A stretch of DNA of 64,000 bases from Chiloscyllium plagiosum (GCF_004010195.1 NC_057717.1:107033474-107097473), one strand, 5' to 3'; shown: positions 1 through 13,300, counted from the stretch's first letter. The notes: generated by a model from the sequence alone, not told the origin. Numbers and translations: made by a program.

Positions 1-990
1 TGTGTGTGAGGGTCTGAGAGTGGGGTCACTGTGTGTGTGTGAGGGTCTGAGAGTGGGGGTCACTGTGTGTGAAGGTCTGAAAGGGGGGGACACTGTGTGT
101 GTGTGAGGGTCTGAGAGTGGGGTCACTGTGTGTGAGGGTCTGAGAGTGAAATCTCTGTGTGTGTGTGTGAGGGTCTGAGAGTGGGATCACTGTGTGAGAG
201 AGTGACTGTGTGTGTGTGAAGGTCTGAGAGTGGGGGTCACTATGTGTGAGGGTGTGAGAGTGGGGGTCACTGTGTGTGTGTGAGGGTCTGAGAGTGGGGT
301 CACTGTGTGAGGGTCTGAGAGTGGGGTCACTGTGTGTGAGTGGCTGAGAGTGGGGTCATTGTGTGAGAGGGCCTGAGAGTGGATGTCACTTTGTGTGTGA
401 GGGTCTGAGAGTGGGGTCTCTGTTTGTGAGGATCTGAGAATGGGATCACTGTGTGTCTGTGAGGGTCTGAGAGGGGGGTCACTGTGTGTGTGTGAGGGTC
501 TGAGAGTGGGGGTCACTGTGTGTGTGTGAGGGTCTGAGAGTGGGGTTCACTATGTGTGTGTGTGAGGGTCTGAGAGTGAGGGTCACTGAGTGTGAGTGTC
601 TAAGAGTGGGGTCACTGTGTGTGAGGGTCTGAGAGTGTGGGTCACTATGTGTGTGTGATGGTCTGAGAGTGGGGGTCTCTGTGTGTGTGATGGTCTGAGA
701 GTGGGGGTCACTGTGTGTGAGGGTCTGAGAGTGGGGATCACTGTGAGTGTGAGGGTCTGAGAGTGGGGTCTCTGTGTGTGAGGATCTGAGAATGGGATCA
801 CTGTGTGTCTGTGAGGTCTGAGAGGGGGGTCACTGTGTGTGTGTGAGGGTCTGAGAGTGGGTGTCACTGTGTGTGTGTGAGGGTCTGAGAGTGGAGTCAC
901 TGTGTGTGAGGGTCTGAGAGTGGGGGTCACTGTGTGTGAGGGTCTAAGAGTGGGAGTCACTGTGTGTGAGTGTCTGAGAGTAGGGTCACT
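1..990. repeat. GT-rich minisatellite, ~29-35 bp unit (tg)n-agggtctgagagtggggtcac
   Basis: Direct tandem repetition with a variable (tg)n spacer; runs off the window start. Confidence 0.95.
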
Positions 991-1304
991 ACTGCCAGCA
1001 ATTTGTTTCTTAAATGCCACTTCACAATTGAGACAGAAATCAAAAAGATGAGATAGTTAGAGAAGCTATGTTGGAGTTAATCTTGTGAAAAACACGTTGG
1101 GACTTTGTGCGCTGGGTATGTGATAAGTGCTGAAACCGCCTGTCAGATAACATCAGTTACATTTCATGGTTCATCAACACAATCATTTTAACAACACATT
1201 TACCATTTCAATAAATAGTCTCATTAGTTCATTGGCCTTTATCAGTTGGAGTACACTGCTGGTTTAATGCGTGATTCTCATTCCTCCTCTCCGTCAGTGA
1301 GTAA

Positions 1305-1412
1305 GGAACCCTCAGACCCTGTCCCCGGTCGGGGGGTGAGGGACCATCAGACCCTGTCCCCGGTCGGGGAGTGAGGGACCATCAGACCCTGTCCCCGGTC
1401 GGAGAGTGAGGA
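1305..1412. repeat. ~33 bp tandem repeat, about 3 copies (ggaccatcagaccctgtccccggtcggggagtga)
   Basis: Three near-identical adjacent copies. Confidence 0.85.
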
Positions 1413-1726
1413 ATCCTTGATTTCTTCAGCCCTGGATAAACTATGGTGATCGAATCAGTTTTGCCCTGCTGCAGTCAAATACCTGGTAGGGGAATACCAT
1501 CATCCTGTCACACCCTGTAAAAACTCTTGTAAGTTTCAATGAGATCACCTCTTAATCTTTAAAACTTTAAAGAATATAGACTTAGTTTTCGAAAATCTGT
1601 CCTTGTAAAATAATCTCACCATCTCGGGGTTTAGTCTGCTGAACCTCTACTGTACTCCCTGTATGATAAGTACATCCCTCTTTAGATAATGTGACAGAAA
1701 GACAAGATGTTGCTTGAGACCCTTAC

Positions 1727-2013
1727 CTAGTGTGACTACCGGAACGTTGCCTGAACTCACGAATACTCCTGTTTAAAAGCAATTTTCGAAAGAGCTGTGG
1801 TGAATTCCGTGGTGAACGCCGTGGAGACAAAGGACCAACTCCACACAGCCGCGGACGGAATTGGTCCAAACCATCTGTGTCCAAGGAATTTGGGAAAAAT
1901 GCATCATCCTCAATGTCTCCTTGCGATGATATCTCCCCCAAAAGATTGGCAGACCAGCTTGGGGAGTTTGGGACTTCCAGCTGGGAGCAATGTGAAACAG
2001 AACTTCCCTCCAT
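1727..2013 (-). CDS. PDE4: Alternative first coding exon of a long-form cAMP-specific phosphodiesterase 4 (PDE4B3/PDE4D5/PDE4C3-type N-terminus); paralogue not resolved
   Basis: ATG at 2013 with an in-frame TGA immediately upstream. The translation ends LSPRRSPRNSPQLFRKLLLNRSIR...HT, matching remembered PDE4B3 ISPRSSPRNSPCFFRKLLVNKSIRQRRRFTVAHTC. It ends at a consensus donor AG|GTAAGG (1727/1726) in phase 2, as expected for splicing to the shared long-form exon. Confidence 0.85.
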
Positions 2014-2830
2014 TCAGCAAGTGGTAATGCGCTGACTCCTTGTGTATGACTGGTCAGTCCCTGACAGGGGGTTGCAGATCAAGAAAAGCAGGCATCGGTT
2101 GGAAAATGGCAAGCTGTTCAACATTGCTGAATATCAGTGATACACCGCAGTTATGCATGTATCATTTAATCCTTTTGTTGCTTGTAGCCTTTTTAATGTC
2201 GAAATGTATTTAAAAGTGAAAAGCAGAATTTTCTGTCTCTAGTATGGTACATGTTTCTCATGTCTGTTGATTTTTCTCACTATATTCCAGACATAAGTTA
2301 TAAGTAAGTTCATGTATTAAATTCATGCTAATTTGTAATTATCGATCATTTTTAGCTAAATCGGTAGAATCGTTAGCTGGCTTGAGTATATTTTACACTC
2401 AGTTAGAAAATGTAGATTCCTTTGAATGACATCTAGCTTCCTTCACTCAGAGATTCTGCAGAAATCAGTTCCAAACTTTCCATTGAAGTATCACTTGCCT
2501 GCACTGGGTTTCAGCTTATCAAATCCCCTCATTTACTCCCTCCATTGAAGAGTCAGTAGATTAACTTGTCTCATTCATTTTTTCCATGAGTTACTGTCCA
2601 TGCGAGTGGCATAGATTCAGGCTTGCTTTCCAGCTGCCGATTAGTACACATTGCTGTACACTCCTCCTTTCTGTTTGTTTGTCACAAGGTTCTCAAATAC
2701 CATAATGAGACACACCCTTAAACGCCTGGTCACTGCCAACTGTACAGTGTCGACTGGTTTGCCTCAAATTGGAGCCTCCACACCCCCGTACTGTCCTGGA
2801 GGGAGAGTTAACCTGCCCCTCCTTCGTGCT

Positions 2831-2890
2831 CTATTTAACCAACCACTCTCTACAAGTCCCACCAGGAAGTTCAACTTTCCCTTGACGTCA
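2831..2890 (-). promoter_or_regulatory. Candidate promoter of the PDE4 first exon: full CRE TGACGTCA (2883-2890), ETS-like CAGGAAGT (2863-2870), TATA-like TTAAATAG (minus strand, 2838-2831)
   Basis: Motifs read directly, clustered within 60 bp of non-repeat DNA ~0.85 kb upstream of the ATG and ordered for minus-strand transcription. Confidence 0.55.
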
Positions 2891-3288
2891 GTTATAGTTC
2901 AAGTTAAGTGGTCACTGGAAATCACTGAAAGTCCAAACTTGGTTGTACATGCAGTGCCTCCTGTCTGAGTGGCTCACAGCTAACACTAAATAACCACACT
3001 ACTCAAAGCACTTCACAAATAAAACAGAAACCTTTTTGGTGAATAAGCAAAGATTTGAGGAAAACATTAACTTGTTGAGTTTCTGTGTAATCTGATCAAC
3101 TACAATTTAACCCCTGGTGTACCAGTTTCCCTTGAAGGTTTGCATGTTTCTTTAGCATTTCAAACTTACCTCAGTGAATTTTCTGATTAAACTGAACCAG
3201 ATTGGGAATTCTCTGGAAGTACATGGAACACACTGTTTTATTTCTGATTATGCTAAGCCTTAAATATCTCTGCGCAATAGTCAATGTT

Positions 3289-3478
3289 GAAAATGTGTTG
3301 CTGGAAAAGCGCAGCAGGTCAGGCAGCATCCAAGGAACAGGAGAATCGACGTTTCGGGCATAAGCTTATGCCCGAAACGTCGATTCTCCTGTTCCTTGGA
3401 TGCTGCCTGACCTGCTGCGCTTTTCCAGCAACACACTTTCAGCTCTGATCTCCAGCATCTGCAGCCCTCACTTTCTCA
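3289..3478. mobile_element. PLE pLTR fragment in inverted (fold-back) arrangement
   Basis: ~76 bp arms centred on AAGCTT (3362-3367); 14-bp TSD CAATAGTCAATGTT at 3275-3288 and 3479-3492; same sequence as the 3' end of the PLE at 60110-61860. Confidence 0.85.
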
Positions 3479-4009
3479 CAATAGTCAATGTTCCAAGAAA
3501 GAATCCCTGTCAATCTATAGCAGTATAGCTCAAGCAGAAAAACTGCAGGTCAAGGACATAGTGTCTGTGAGTTGTTTACAATGCTGTCTGATAGGACATT
3601 CTTTCACACTGGAAGGAATCCAACACCTGATCTCCCACATCCTTCTCACTGCTAGTGATCTGGGTAACACTGATCTCCCGCACGTCCGAATGATTGCACC
3701 TATACTAAAACTTGAAACGGCAGGTTGCTTTAAAATAGGCTGATATCCAAACAGAAGGCTGGGGTACTGTTACAAATGGTCCAACCTTCATTTGCTTTCT
3801 GGTCAGTTGGGATGGCAGTATTTCAAGAGATGGAATTAAGAACATGATATAAAAAATATATTGGTTGAAGTGAGATATTGGAATGCTTTACTGAACAACT
3901 CTACCAATAATGTGGTTACTTCTGTGCAGCTTGTTCATCAGTGGTTGTGAGTGTTTGAAATGTCTGAAACTTGATTCACAAGCCCTGTTATTTTCAGGAA
4001 ACCTCTCCT

Positions 4010-4122
4010 TTAATCAACCTATTCAGAGATGTTATTATACACCTCTGGAGCAGCTGAGAGTTGAACATTGGTATCCTGGCTTGGAGGCAGGGATACAACC
4101 ACCACACCACAAAAGGCCCAGA
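4010..4122 (-). mobile_element. Short tRNA-derived SINE (related copies ~26768-26870 plus, ~59715-59822 minus)
   Basis: A-box-like tgtggtgtggtggt head on the minus strand and a shared ctccagaggtgt..taacat..ctgaa tail in three dispersed copies. Confidence 0.5.
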
Positions 4123-4639
4123 AACATCTCTTATATATGTTAAATCAAGCTGCACAGGCAGATGAAATCGAACCCAGGCTTCCTGACTGTGCCACAAGAG
4201 GGCCCAGAAATCTTTCTTATTCAGTAATTGGAAAGTGCTCTCACCTTGCACACTGGATTGATGGGCAATTAAAAATGTGTCTTCTAGGAAGGCTGCAGAG
4301 GTTAGTGAGCAGTTCCTAAGAGAACATTTGCAGGTACTAATGTGATCATAATTCAACATTAATTGGACAATCATCTTCAAAACACAGAAGGGTCTCATGA
4401 TGCACGGAGTGTTCTGGTGTTTCTCTGAAGACGGTTATTGATTGGACTTTGTTGATGGGTTTCTATGAACAGTTGCTGCAGGAAGTGCCTGACACTAACA
4501 GTAGGTGCAAGGAGAGAAAAGTTCCTTCACTGATCCACCACAGCTTAATGAGAAGAAAGGACAGCATTAATGTAGAACAAAACCAGATACAAAGCAGCTC
4601 CTTCCTTGGCTGACATAATCTTAATACAGGACAGAGTGT

Positions 4640-4797
4640 TGATTGCAGATGCTGGAGGTCAGAGTTGAGACTGTAGTGCTGGAAAAGTACAGCAGGTCAG
4701 GCAGCATCCGAGGAGCAGGGGAATCGATGTTTTGGGTATTCCTGATGAAGGGCTTTTGCCCGAAACATCGCATCTCCTGCTCTTTGGGTGCTGCCTG
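4640..4797. mobile_element. PLE pLTR fragments (inverted) with hammerhead-like core
   Basis: tgcagatgctgga...gaatcgatgttt followed by cctgatgaagggcttttgcccgaaacatcg. Confidence 0.75.
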
Positions 4798-5623
4798 CAT
4801 TATCTTAAACCACTCTTTCCCGTGTACATCACGACACTATTGTTACATGTTTCCAGTTTTTCCTTTTTCGGTTGAAATAAAATTGAATTTGCAGCCTTCA
4901 GCAACATTATTAAAGTAAATAAGCAGCTTGATTTCCTCCGGTTTGCTGCATTTTATTTACAGAGTTCCTGGGCTTCTAGCCAGTAGCAGTCTGTTACACA
5001 TTGCCACACAAGGAAATTTCATTCCTCAAACAATTCAACTTACTGCGTGGCATTTCTGGGCTGACATTAGTCGTCTTCTAAATTAGGCAAATCACAACAG
5101 CAGCGACTTTATTTATGCAGGGCATTCAACACTGAAAATTGTCCCAAGATTCTTCACAGGAGCTTTATCAAACAATGTTTGACACTCATCACAAAAGGAC
5201 AGGTGACCAAAAGTTGGATCAGAAAGAGGACAGATAGGGAAGTGGAAAGGTTTTGGCAGGTAGTATAGATAGATCTTAGGGCCTTGGCAGCTGAAGACAT
5301 GGGGAGTGAAGAAAATGGTGCATGTTGAGGAGGTCAGAGTTGAAGGAGCTCTTAGAAAAAAATGATTGAAAACAAAAGATGAGAACTTTAAACTTGAGGC
5401 ATTGTAGTCATCCACTTTTCAACATTAATGGATTCTGTTGAAATTTAGAAGATACTGAATTGTTAGACATTCTTTGAATCAAATAGTGTTTTCTCGAGGA
5501 ATCAGATGAACAGTTTAATGGGAGTTGTAAGCAATCTGCTGATTAGAGAATGTCGCATGATTACTTTGGGAAAAAAAACAAGGAAACCTTTTTAGGGTGG
5601 TTCAAGATCAGCTTCTTCCCTGC

Positions 5624-6541
5624 TGTTATGATACTGCTGAATGGACCTCTCTAACTTCAAATAATGTTGACCTTGCTTTGTGCACCTCCTGTGCAGTGTA
5701 ACTCTGTATGCATCGCTCTGTCTAAGTACCCTATCATCTGTGTGTCATTGTTTGCTATGATCTGCCGTACCTCTTGCAAAACAAAACTTTTCACTGTATA
5801 TAGGTACATATGACTACAATATATCAAATCAAATCAGTCGAGATAAGGGATGAGGCTGGGAAACCTGGTTGGATGAGACTCTAGGGACTTTTCTGGTCTT
5901 GGTTTCTGTTTCAAAACACCAGGAATCAAAAAGAAAAAGATGTTGCAGTAAAGGCGAGTCTCTCTCCTATAATTCTCTCTTGGTTACTGAGAAAGTTTCC
6001 ACATCTCAGTATTTTGACTGCCTTGTAAAATCTGAATAGCTGAACTGTGCCTGCTTTCAAAAACTTGGAAAAAAACCCACTCTCTATATGAACTAAAACT
6101 TGGCTGGGAAATTCTCTATGAGTCTACAGCTGTCAGTAATTCCACCTCATCAATAAAAAAATACAATGGACTCTGAGAATTCATCAAATTTATGTTTTGA
6201 TTTGCAGATCTTTGCCCTTTTTAAATATTTTCTCAAATTATGCATTTTCTGTGCTATGAATGTGTTTGCTTGAGATCAACAAGGGATATGGTATTCTGGA
6301 TAACAGCTTAATTGTTCACTGGTTGGTTACTTGTTTTCAGGAATAAGTTTGTTTTAATTTAATAGATCATTTGTAAATTGAAGGCTGATGAAAGTCTCTT
6401 TTTACCCTGGATAGCATTATAAAAGGGAAACAATTTGATGATTGAATCAAAACATTTATACTAAGGTTTAGGAGGGGGAGGAGGACTTGTGTTGTGGTGG
6501 GGTTTCATTGTCACTACATTGTTCCTGTCACAGTCATAACA
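5624..6541. mobile_element. Possible solo LTR (TGTTATGA...TCATAACA) containing a LINE 3' tail (~5665-5836, (aatca)n end)
   Basis: Perfect 8-bp terminal inverted repeat with TG..CA ends, the same terminus as the LTR at 44280; no TSD seen. Confidence 0.4.
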
Positions 6542-6649
6542 ATATTACAGGACCAGCCTCACCAATATTGGTCTGTGAGAACAGCTGGAGTGGGTGGGGG
6601 TGATGAACAATGATATAACAACTATACACTTAAAAGTAAAGCCTTGGGC

Positions 6650-8270
6650 AGTCGTAGAGTCATTGAGATGTACAGCATGGAAACAGACTCTTCGATCCAA
6701 CTTATCCATGCCGGGCAGATATCCCAACCCAATCTAGTCCCACCTGCCAGCACCTGGCCCATATCCCTCCAAACCCTTCCTATATTCATATACCCATCCA
6801 GATAACTTTTAAATGCTGTAAATGTACCACCCTCCACCACATCCTCTGGCAGCTCATTCCATACACACACCACCCTCTGTGTGAAAAAGTTGCCCCTTAG
6901 TCTCTTTTATATCTTTCCCCTCTCACCTTAAACGTATGCCCTCTAGTTCTGGACTCACCCACCCCAGGGAAAAGACCTTGTCTATTTACCCTATCTGTGT
7001 CCCTCATAATTTTATAAACCTCTATAAGGTCACCCCTCAGCCTCTGACGCTCCAGAGAAAACAGCTCCAGCCAAAACAGCTCCAGCCTATTTAACCTCTC
7101 CCTGTAGCTCAAATCTGCAACCCTGGCAATATCCTTGTTAATCTTTCTGAACCCTTTCAAGTTTCACAATATTCTTCCTATAGGAGTGAGACCAGAATTG
7201 CACACAACATTCCAAAAGTGGCCTAACCAATGTCCTGTACAGTCTCAACAATGATCTCCCAACTCCCATACTCAATACTCTGACCAATAAAGGAAAGCAT
7301 ATCAAACACCTTCTTCACTATCCTATCTACCTGTGACTTCACTTTCAAGCAACTATGAATCCGCACTCCAAGGTGTCTTTGTTCAGCAACACTCCCCAGG
7401 ACCTTACCATTCAGTGTATAAATCCTGCTAAGACTTGCCTTTCCAAAATGCAGCACCTCACATTTATCAAAATTAAACTCCACCTGCCACTCCTCAACCC
7501 ATTGGCTCGCCTGATTAAGATCCTGTTGTTCTCTGAGGTAACCTTCTTCGTTGTCCACTACATCTCCAATTTTGGTGTCATCTGCAAGCTTACTAACAAT
7601 ACCTCCTATGTTCACCTTCAAATCATTTATATAAATGACAAAAAGCAGTGGACGCAGCACTGATCCTTGTGGCAGACCATTGGCCACAGGTCTCCAGTCT
7701 GAAAAACATCCCTCCACCACCACCCTCTGTCTTCTACCTTTGAGCCAGTTCTGTATCCAATGGCTAGTTCTCCCTGTATTCCATGTGACCTAACCTTGCT
7801 AATCAGTCTCCCATGTGGAACCTTGTCAAACGCCTTACTGAAGTCCATATTGATCAGGTCCACCACTCTGCCCTCCTCAATCCTCTTTGTTACTTCAAAA
7901 ACTCAAACAGGTCAGTGAGACATGATTTCTCAAATTACAGCTGTGTTGGCTATCCCTAATCAGTCCTTGCCTTTCCAAATACATATAAATCCTGTCCCTC
8001 AGGATTCCCTCCAACAACTTGCCCATCACTGGTGTCAGGCTCACTGATCTATAGTTCCCTGGCTTTTCCTTTTCATCTTTCTTAAACAGTGGCACCACGT
8101 TAGCCAACCTCCAGTTTTCCGGTACCTCACCTGTGACTATCGATGGTGCAAATATCTCAGCATGAAGCCCTGCAATCACTTCCGTAACTTCCCACAGAGT
8201 TCTAGGGTACACCTGTTCAAGTCCTGGGGATTTATGCATTTTAAGACAGCTAGCACCTCCTCCTCTGTAA
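6650..8270 (-). mobile_element. CR1 LINE, decayed ORF2 reverse transcriptase (RT) and 3' end
   Basis: Frameshifted ORFs with PGNYRSVSLT, MDFSKAFDKVPH, LPQGSVL, ADDTKIG and RLRGDLIEVYKIM. Confidence 0.92.
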
Positions 8271-8960
8271 TAGAACAGAGACACTGGGAGGTTCAGGTGC
8301 ATAATACTTTGAAGTTTGCATCACATAGAGTAGTTCAGAAGGCGTTTAGCGTGTTTGCCTTCATTGCTCAGATCTTTGAATATAGGAGTTGGGACATTAC
8401 TTTGAGGTTGTACAGGACATTGGTGAGGCGTTTTCTGGAGTACTGTGTCCATTTCTGGTCTTCTGGTTATTAGAAGGATATTATCAAGCTGGAGGGGATT
8501 CAGAAGAGATTTACCAGAATGTTGCCAGGAATGGGAGGTTTGTGTTATTAGGAGAGGCTGGATAGGCTGGGAAGTTTTTCACTGGAGTATAGGAGGTTGA
8601 GAGTGGCCTTGTAGAGGCTTATAAAATAATGTAGGGTATAGAGAAGGTGAATGGCAGGTGTCTTTTCCCCAGGTGGGAGATTTCAAGACATATTTTTAAG
8701 GTCAGAGGAGAAAGATTAAAAAAAGACACAAGGATCAATTTTTATTTTACACAGAGAGTGGTTCGGTGTGTGTGTAATGAACTTCCAGAGGAAGTGGTGG
8801 TTGCGGGTACAGTTACAAGATTTGAAAGACATTTGGATAAGTAGATGAATAAGAATTGTTTGGAGGGATATGGGGCCAAGTGCAGGCAGGTGGGGCTAGT
8901 ATAGTTTTGGATTATGGTCAGCATGGAGTGGTTGGCCTGAAGGGGCTGTTTCTGTGCTGG
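8271..8960 (+). mobile_element. CR1 LINE 3' fragment, opposite orientation to its neighbour
   Basis: LYRTLVRRFLEYCVHFWS motif and CR1 3' UTR (tggcctgaaggggctgtttctgtgctg). Confidence 0.85.
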
Positions 8961-9339
8961 GTGGATTGATGACCTAGTGCAGAGTTTGCACTCTGATTGC
9001 ATCCTGTGAATTTGCCACAACATTGTGAACTTCATGTATTCCAGCTGAAGCTGGCAGTGTGCATTTCATGAAGAAAAACATCCTAGCTGCAAACCCAGCC
9101 TTCAAATTGTTACCAAGAAGACAAATTCTGGAATGGATCGACTTATCGCTGGATATTAAACAGCAAAACAAAACTGAAGTCTGAGGTGCTTATGTCACTA
9201 AATGTGCATACATGCATGATGATGATGTATACGTGATCATAAATCAATAGGCTAGCACCATTTTATCCTGCAGCACCTTCAGAAGCTGAGCATGAGATAG
9301 GAAAGGAAAAGATCCTAAACAGCTTAGTCATACAAGCAT

Positions 9340-9456
9340 CTGAGGGATAGGGGTATGTTCTGAGGCGTAGGGATATGTTCTGAGGCGTAGGGGTATGTTC
9401 TGAGGGGTAGGGGTATGTTCTGAGGTGTAGGGGTATGTTCTGAGGGGTAGGGGTAA
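9340..9456. repeat. 20-bp tandem repeat (taggggtatgttctgagg[cg]g), about 5-6 copies
   Basis: Direct repetition. Confidence 0.9.
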
Positions 9457-10359
9457 GTTCTTTTTTCTGGGTAGTTAGGTAAAGCCTTTCCTTAGTGATG
9501 CCCTCAGCCCTCAATGCCACCATGCTTGGTTCTTGAAACTCCCACCTCCATTGCATTATCCTCACTCATTTGCTTGATTTTCAAAACTCCAGCCTCCAGC
9601 TGTCTGGTCCCATTACTAAATTATCTCATATTTAAGCAACAGCTTAGGCAAACAGATGGTGCCATTTCCCCACCAGCACAGCCAGTCCTCTTCCAGGTCA
9701 CTTCAGTCCTGTTTCTTCCACACTGTTTGCCAGTATATTATACTGTACATATGTAGAAAAAGCAGTGGATGTTGGTTTGAGTGGAAAGGTACAAAGAAAG
9801 CTGCTGCTATGCAGCAGTTTTCACAAACTGATAATGTTCCAACATGTTTTAACATCCAGTGAACTACAGGCAGACAATAGGACCTGTAAAACATTAGCTG
9901 TTTGAGAACAGATATTATCAGCAGTTGTTAACCATTGCATACGGAAGATTCGTGACACAAATTTAACAATGATAACAAATCAAAATATTTAGGAAGTGAG
10001 GCAGTTTGATCAAGGAGTTAGTGTCAAGGTGTGAGACAATTAGTGACAGCTGGTGCCTTGTTGCATTGGCACTCAGCGAGAGCCACAAATCAAACTTTGT
10101 GCCATCAGGTTGTAGAAAGTATTGTAAAGGTGATAAAGCATTTGCTAATAACCCGCTAAACACAACAGCTGAGGGTGTTTAACATTCACCACAGTTATTC
10201 TGTCCCACATCAGAGAAACATAAAAACACGACTGTCCAGAAGTAACCAATATCGCAGCTATGGCTACAGTCTGGGTAGGTGGGACACTGTAAAGGCACTG
10301 GGTTAATTACACAGACTCTAAAGGGTCACAATGGCATGAATTCTGCTTGTGGCCTGCAC

Positions 10360-13300
10360 TAGTAATAGCCAGATATAAATTAGGAGCAGGAGTAATAGCC
10401 ACATTTAAATTAGGAGTAAGAGTATTCGCCACATATAAATTAGAAGTAGGAGTAATAGCCACATGTAAATTAGGAGCAGGAGTAATAGCCACATATAAAT
10501 TAGGAGCAGGAGTAATAGCCACATGTAAATTAGGAGCAGGAGTAATAGCCACATATAAATTAGGAGTAGGAGTAATAGCCGCATGAAAATCAGGGGCAGG
10601 AGTATTAGCCACATGTAAAATAGGAGCAGGAGTAAAAGCCACACGTAAATTAGGAGCAGGAGTAATAGCCACATGTACATCAGGAGTAGGAGTAATAACC
10701 ACATGTAAATTAGGAGCAGGAGTAATAGCCACACGTCAATTAGGAGCAGGAGCAATAGCCACATTTACATCAGGAGTAGGAGTAATAACCACATGTAAAT
10801 TAGGAGCAGGAGTAATAGCCACACGTAAATTAGGAGCAGGAGCAATAGCCACATGTAAATTAGAAGCAGGAGTAATAGCCACATGTAAATTAGGATCAGG
10901 AATAATAGCCGCATGTATATTAGGAGCAGTATTAATAGCCACATGTAAATTAGGAGCAGGAGTAAAAGCCACATGTAAATTAGGAGCAGGAGTAAAAGCC
11001 ACATGTAAATTAGGATCAGGGGTAATAGCTGTATATAAATTAGGAGCAGGAGTAATTGCCAAATGTAAATTAGCGGCAGGAGTAGTAGCCAGACGTAAAT
11101 TAGGAGCAGGAGTAAAAGCCACATGTAGATTAGGAGCAAGGATAATAGCCACATGCAAAGTAGGAGCAAGAGTAGTTGCCACATGTAAATATGGAGCAAG
11201 GATAATAGCCAGATGTAAATTTGGAGCAGGAATACTAGCCACATGTAAGTTAGGAGCAGGACTAAAGCCACATGTACATTAGGAGCAGGACTATAGCCAT
11301 ATGAAAATTTGGAAGAGGAGTAATAGCCNNNNNNNNNNNNNNNNNNNNNNNNNNNNNNNNNNNNNNNNNNNNNNNNNNNNNNNNNNNNNNNNNNNNNNNN
11401 NNNNNNNNNNNNNNNNNNNNNNNNNNNNNNNNNNNNNNNNNNNNNNNNNNNNNNNNNNNNNNNNNNNNNNNNNNNNNNNNNNNNNNNNNNNNNNNNNNNN
11501 NNNNNNNNNNNNNNNNNNNNNNNNNNNNNNNNNNNNNNNNNNNNNNNNNNNNNNNNNNNNNNNNNNNNNNNNNNNNNNNNNNNNNNNNNNNNNNNNNNNN
11601 NNNNNNNNNNNNNNNNNNNNNNNNNNNNNNNNNNNNNNNNNNNNNNNNNNNNNNNNNNNNNNNNNNNNNNNNNNNNNNNNNNNNNNNNNNNNNNNNNNNN
11701 NNNNNNNNNNNNNNNNNNNNNNNNNNNNNNNNNNNNNNNNNNNNNNNNNNNNNNNNNNNNNNNNNNNNNNNNNNNNNNNNNNNNNNNNNNNNNNNNNNNN
11801 NNNNNNNNNNNNNNNNNNNNNNNNNNNNGTAGCCACATGAAAATTAGGAGCAGTAGTAATAACTGCATGTATATTAGGAGCAGTAGTAATAGCCACACGT
11901 AAATTAGGATCAGGGGTAAGAGCCACATGTAACTTAGGAGGAGTAACAGCCACATGTAAATTAGGAGCAGGAGTATAGCCACATGTAAATTAGGATTAGG
12001 AGTAATAGCTATATGTACATTAGGAGCAGGAGTGGTAGCCACATGTAAATTACAATCAGGGTAATAGCCGTATGTAAATTAGGAGCAAGGATACTAGCTG
12101 CACGTAAATTAGGATCAGGAATAGTAGCCACATGTAAATTAGGAGCAGGAGCAGTAGCCACAGTAAATTAGAAGCAGGAGGAATAGCCACATGTAAATTA
12201 GGATCAAGGATATTAGCCACATGTAAATTAGGAGCAGGAGAAATAGCCACATGAAAATTAGGAGCAAGAGTAATAGCCACATGTAAATTACGAACAGGAG
12301 TAGTAGCCACATGTAAATAGGAGCAGGAGTAATAGCCACATGTACATTAGTATCAGGAGTAATAGCCACATGTAAATAAGGAGCAGGAGTAGCACGCACA
12401 TGTACATTAGGAGCAGGAATAATAGCCAGATGTGAATTACGAGCAGGAGTAATAGCCACGTGTGCATTAGGATCAGGAATAATAGCCACATGTAAATAAT
12501 GAGCAAGGTTAATAGCCACATGTAAATTTGGAGCAGGACAGTAGCCACCTGTAAATTAGGAGCAGGATTAATATCAACATATAACTTAGGAGCAGGAGTA
12601 ATAACCACATGTAAATTAGGAGCAGGAGTATAGCCACATGTAAATTAGGAGCAGGAGTATAGCCACATGTAAATTAGGAACAGCAGTAATAAGCACATGT
12701 AAATTAGGAACAGGTGTAATACCCACATGTAAATTAGGACAAGGAGTAATAGCCACATGTAAATTAGGAGCAGGAGTAATAGCCACCTGCAAATTAGGAG
12801 CAGGAGAATTAGCCACATGTAAATTAGGAGCAGGAGTAATAGCCGCATGCAAATTAGGAGCAGGAGTAATAACCACGTGTAAATTAGGAGCAAGAGTAGT
12901 TGCCACATGTAAATTTGGAGCAGGGGTAATAGCCACATGTAAATTGGGAGAAGGAGTAATAGCCACCTGCAAATTAGGAGCAGGAGAAGTAGCCACATGT
13001 AAATTAGGAGCAGGAGTAATAGCCACCTGCAAATTAGGAGCAGGAGAAGTAGCCACATGTAAATTAGGAGCAGGAGTAAAAGCCACATTTGAATTAGGAG
13101 CAAGGGTAATAGCCACATGTAAATTAGGAGCAAGGGTAATAGCCACATGTAAATTAGGAGCAAGGGTAGTAGCCACATGTAAATTAGGAGCAAGGGTAAT
13201 AGCCACATGTAAATTAGGAGCAAGGGTAATAGCCACATGTAAACCACGAGCAGGAATAGTAGCCACATGTAAATTAGAAGCAGGAGTAATAGCCACATGT

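Noticed and set aside
187..1020. Thr/Pro/His-rich mucin-like ORFs
   Set aside because: Translation of a minisatellite.
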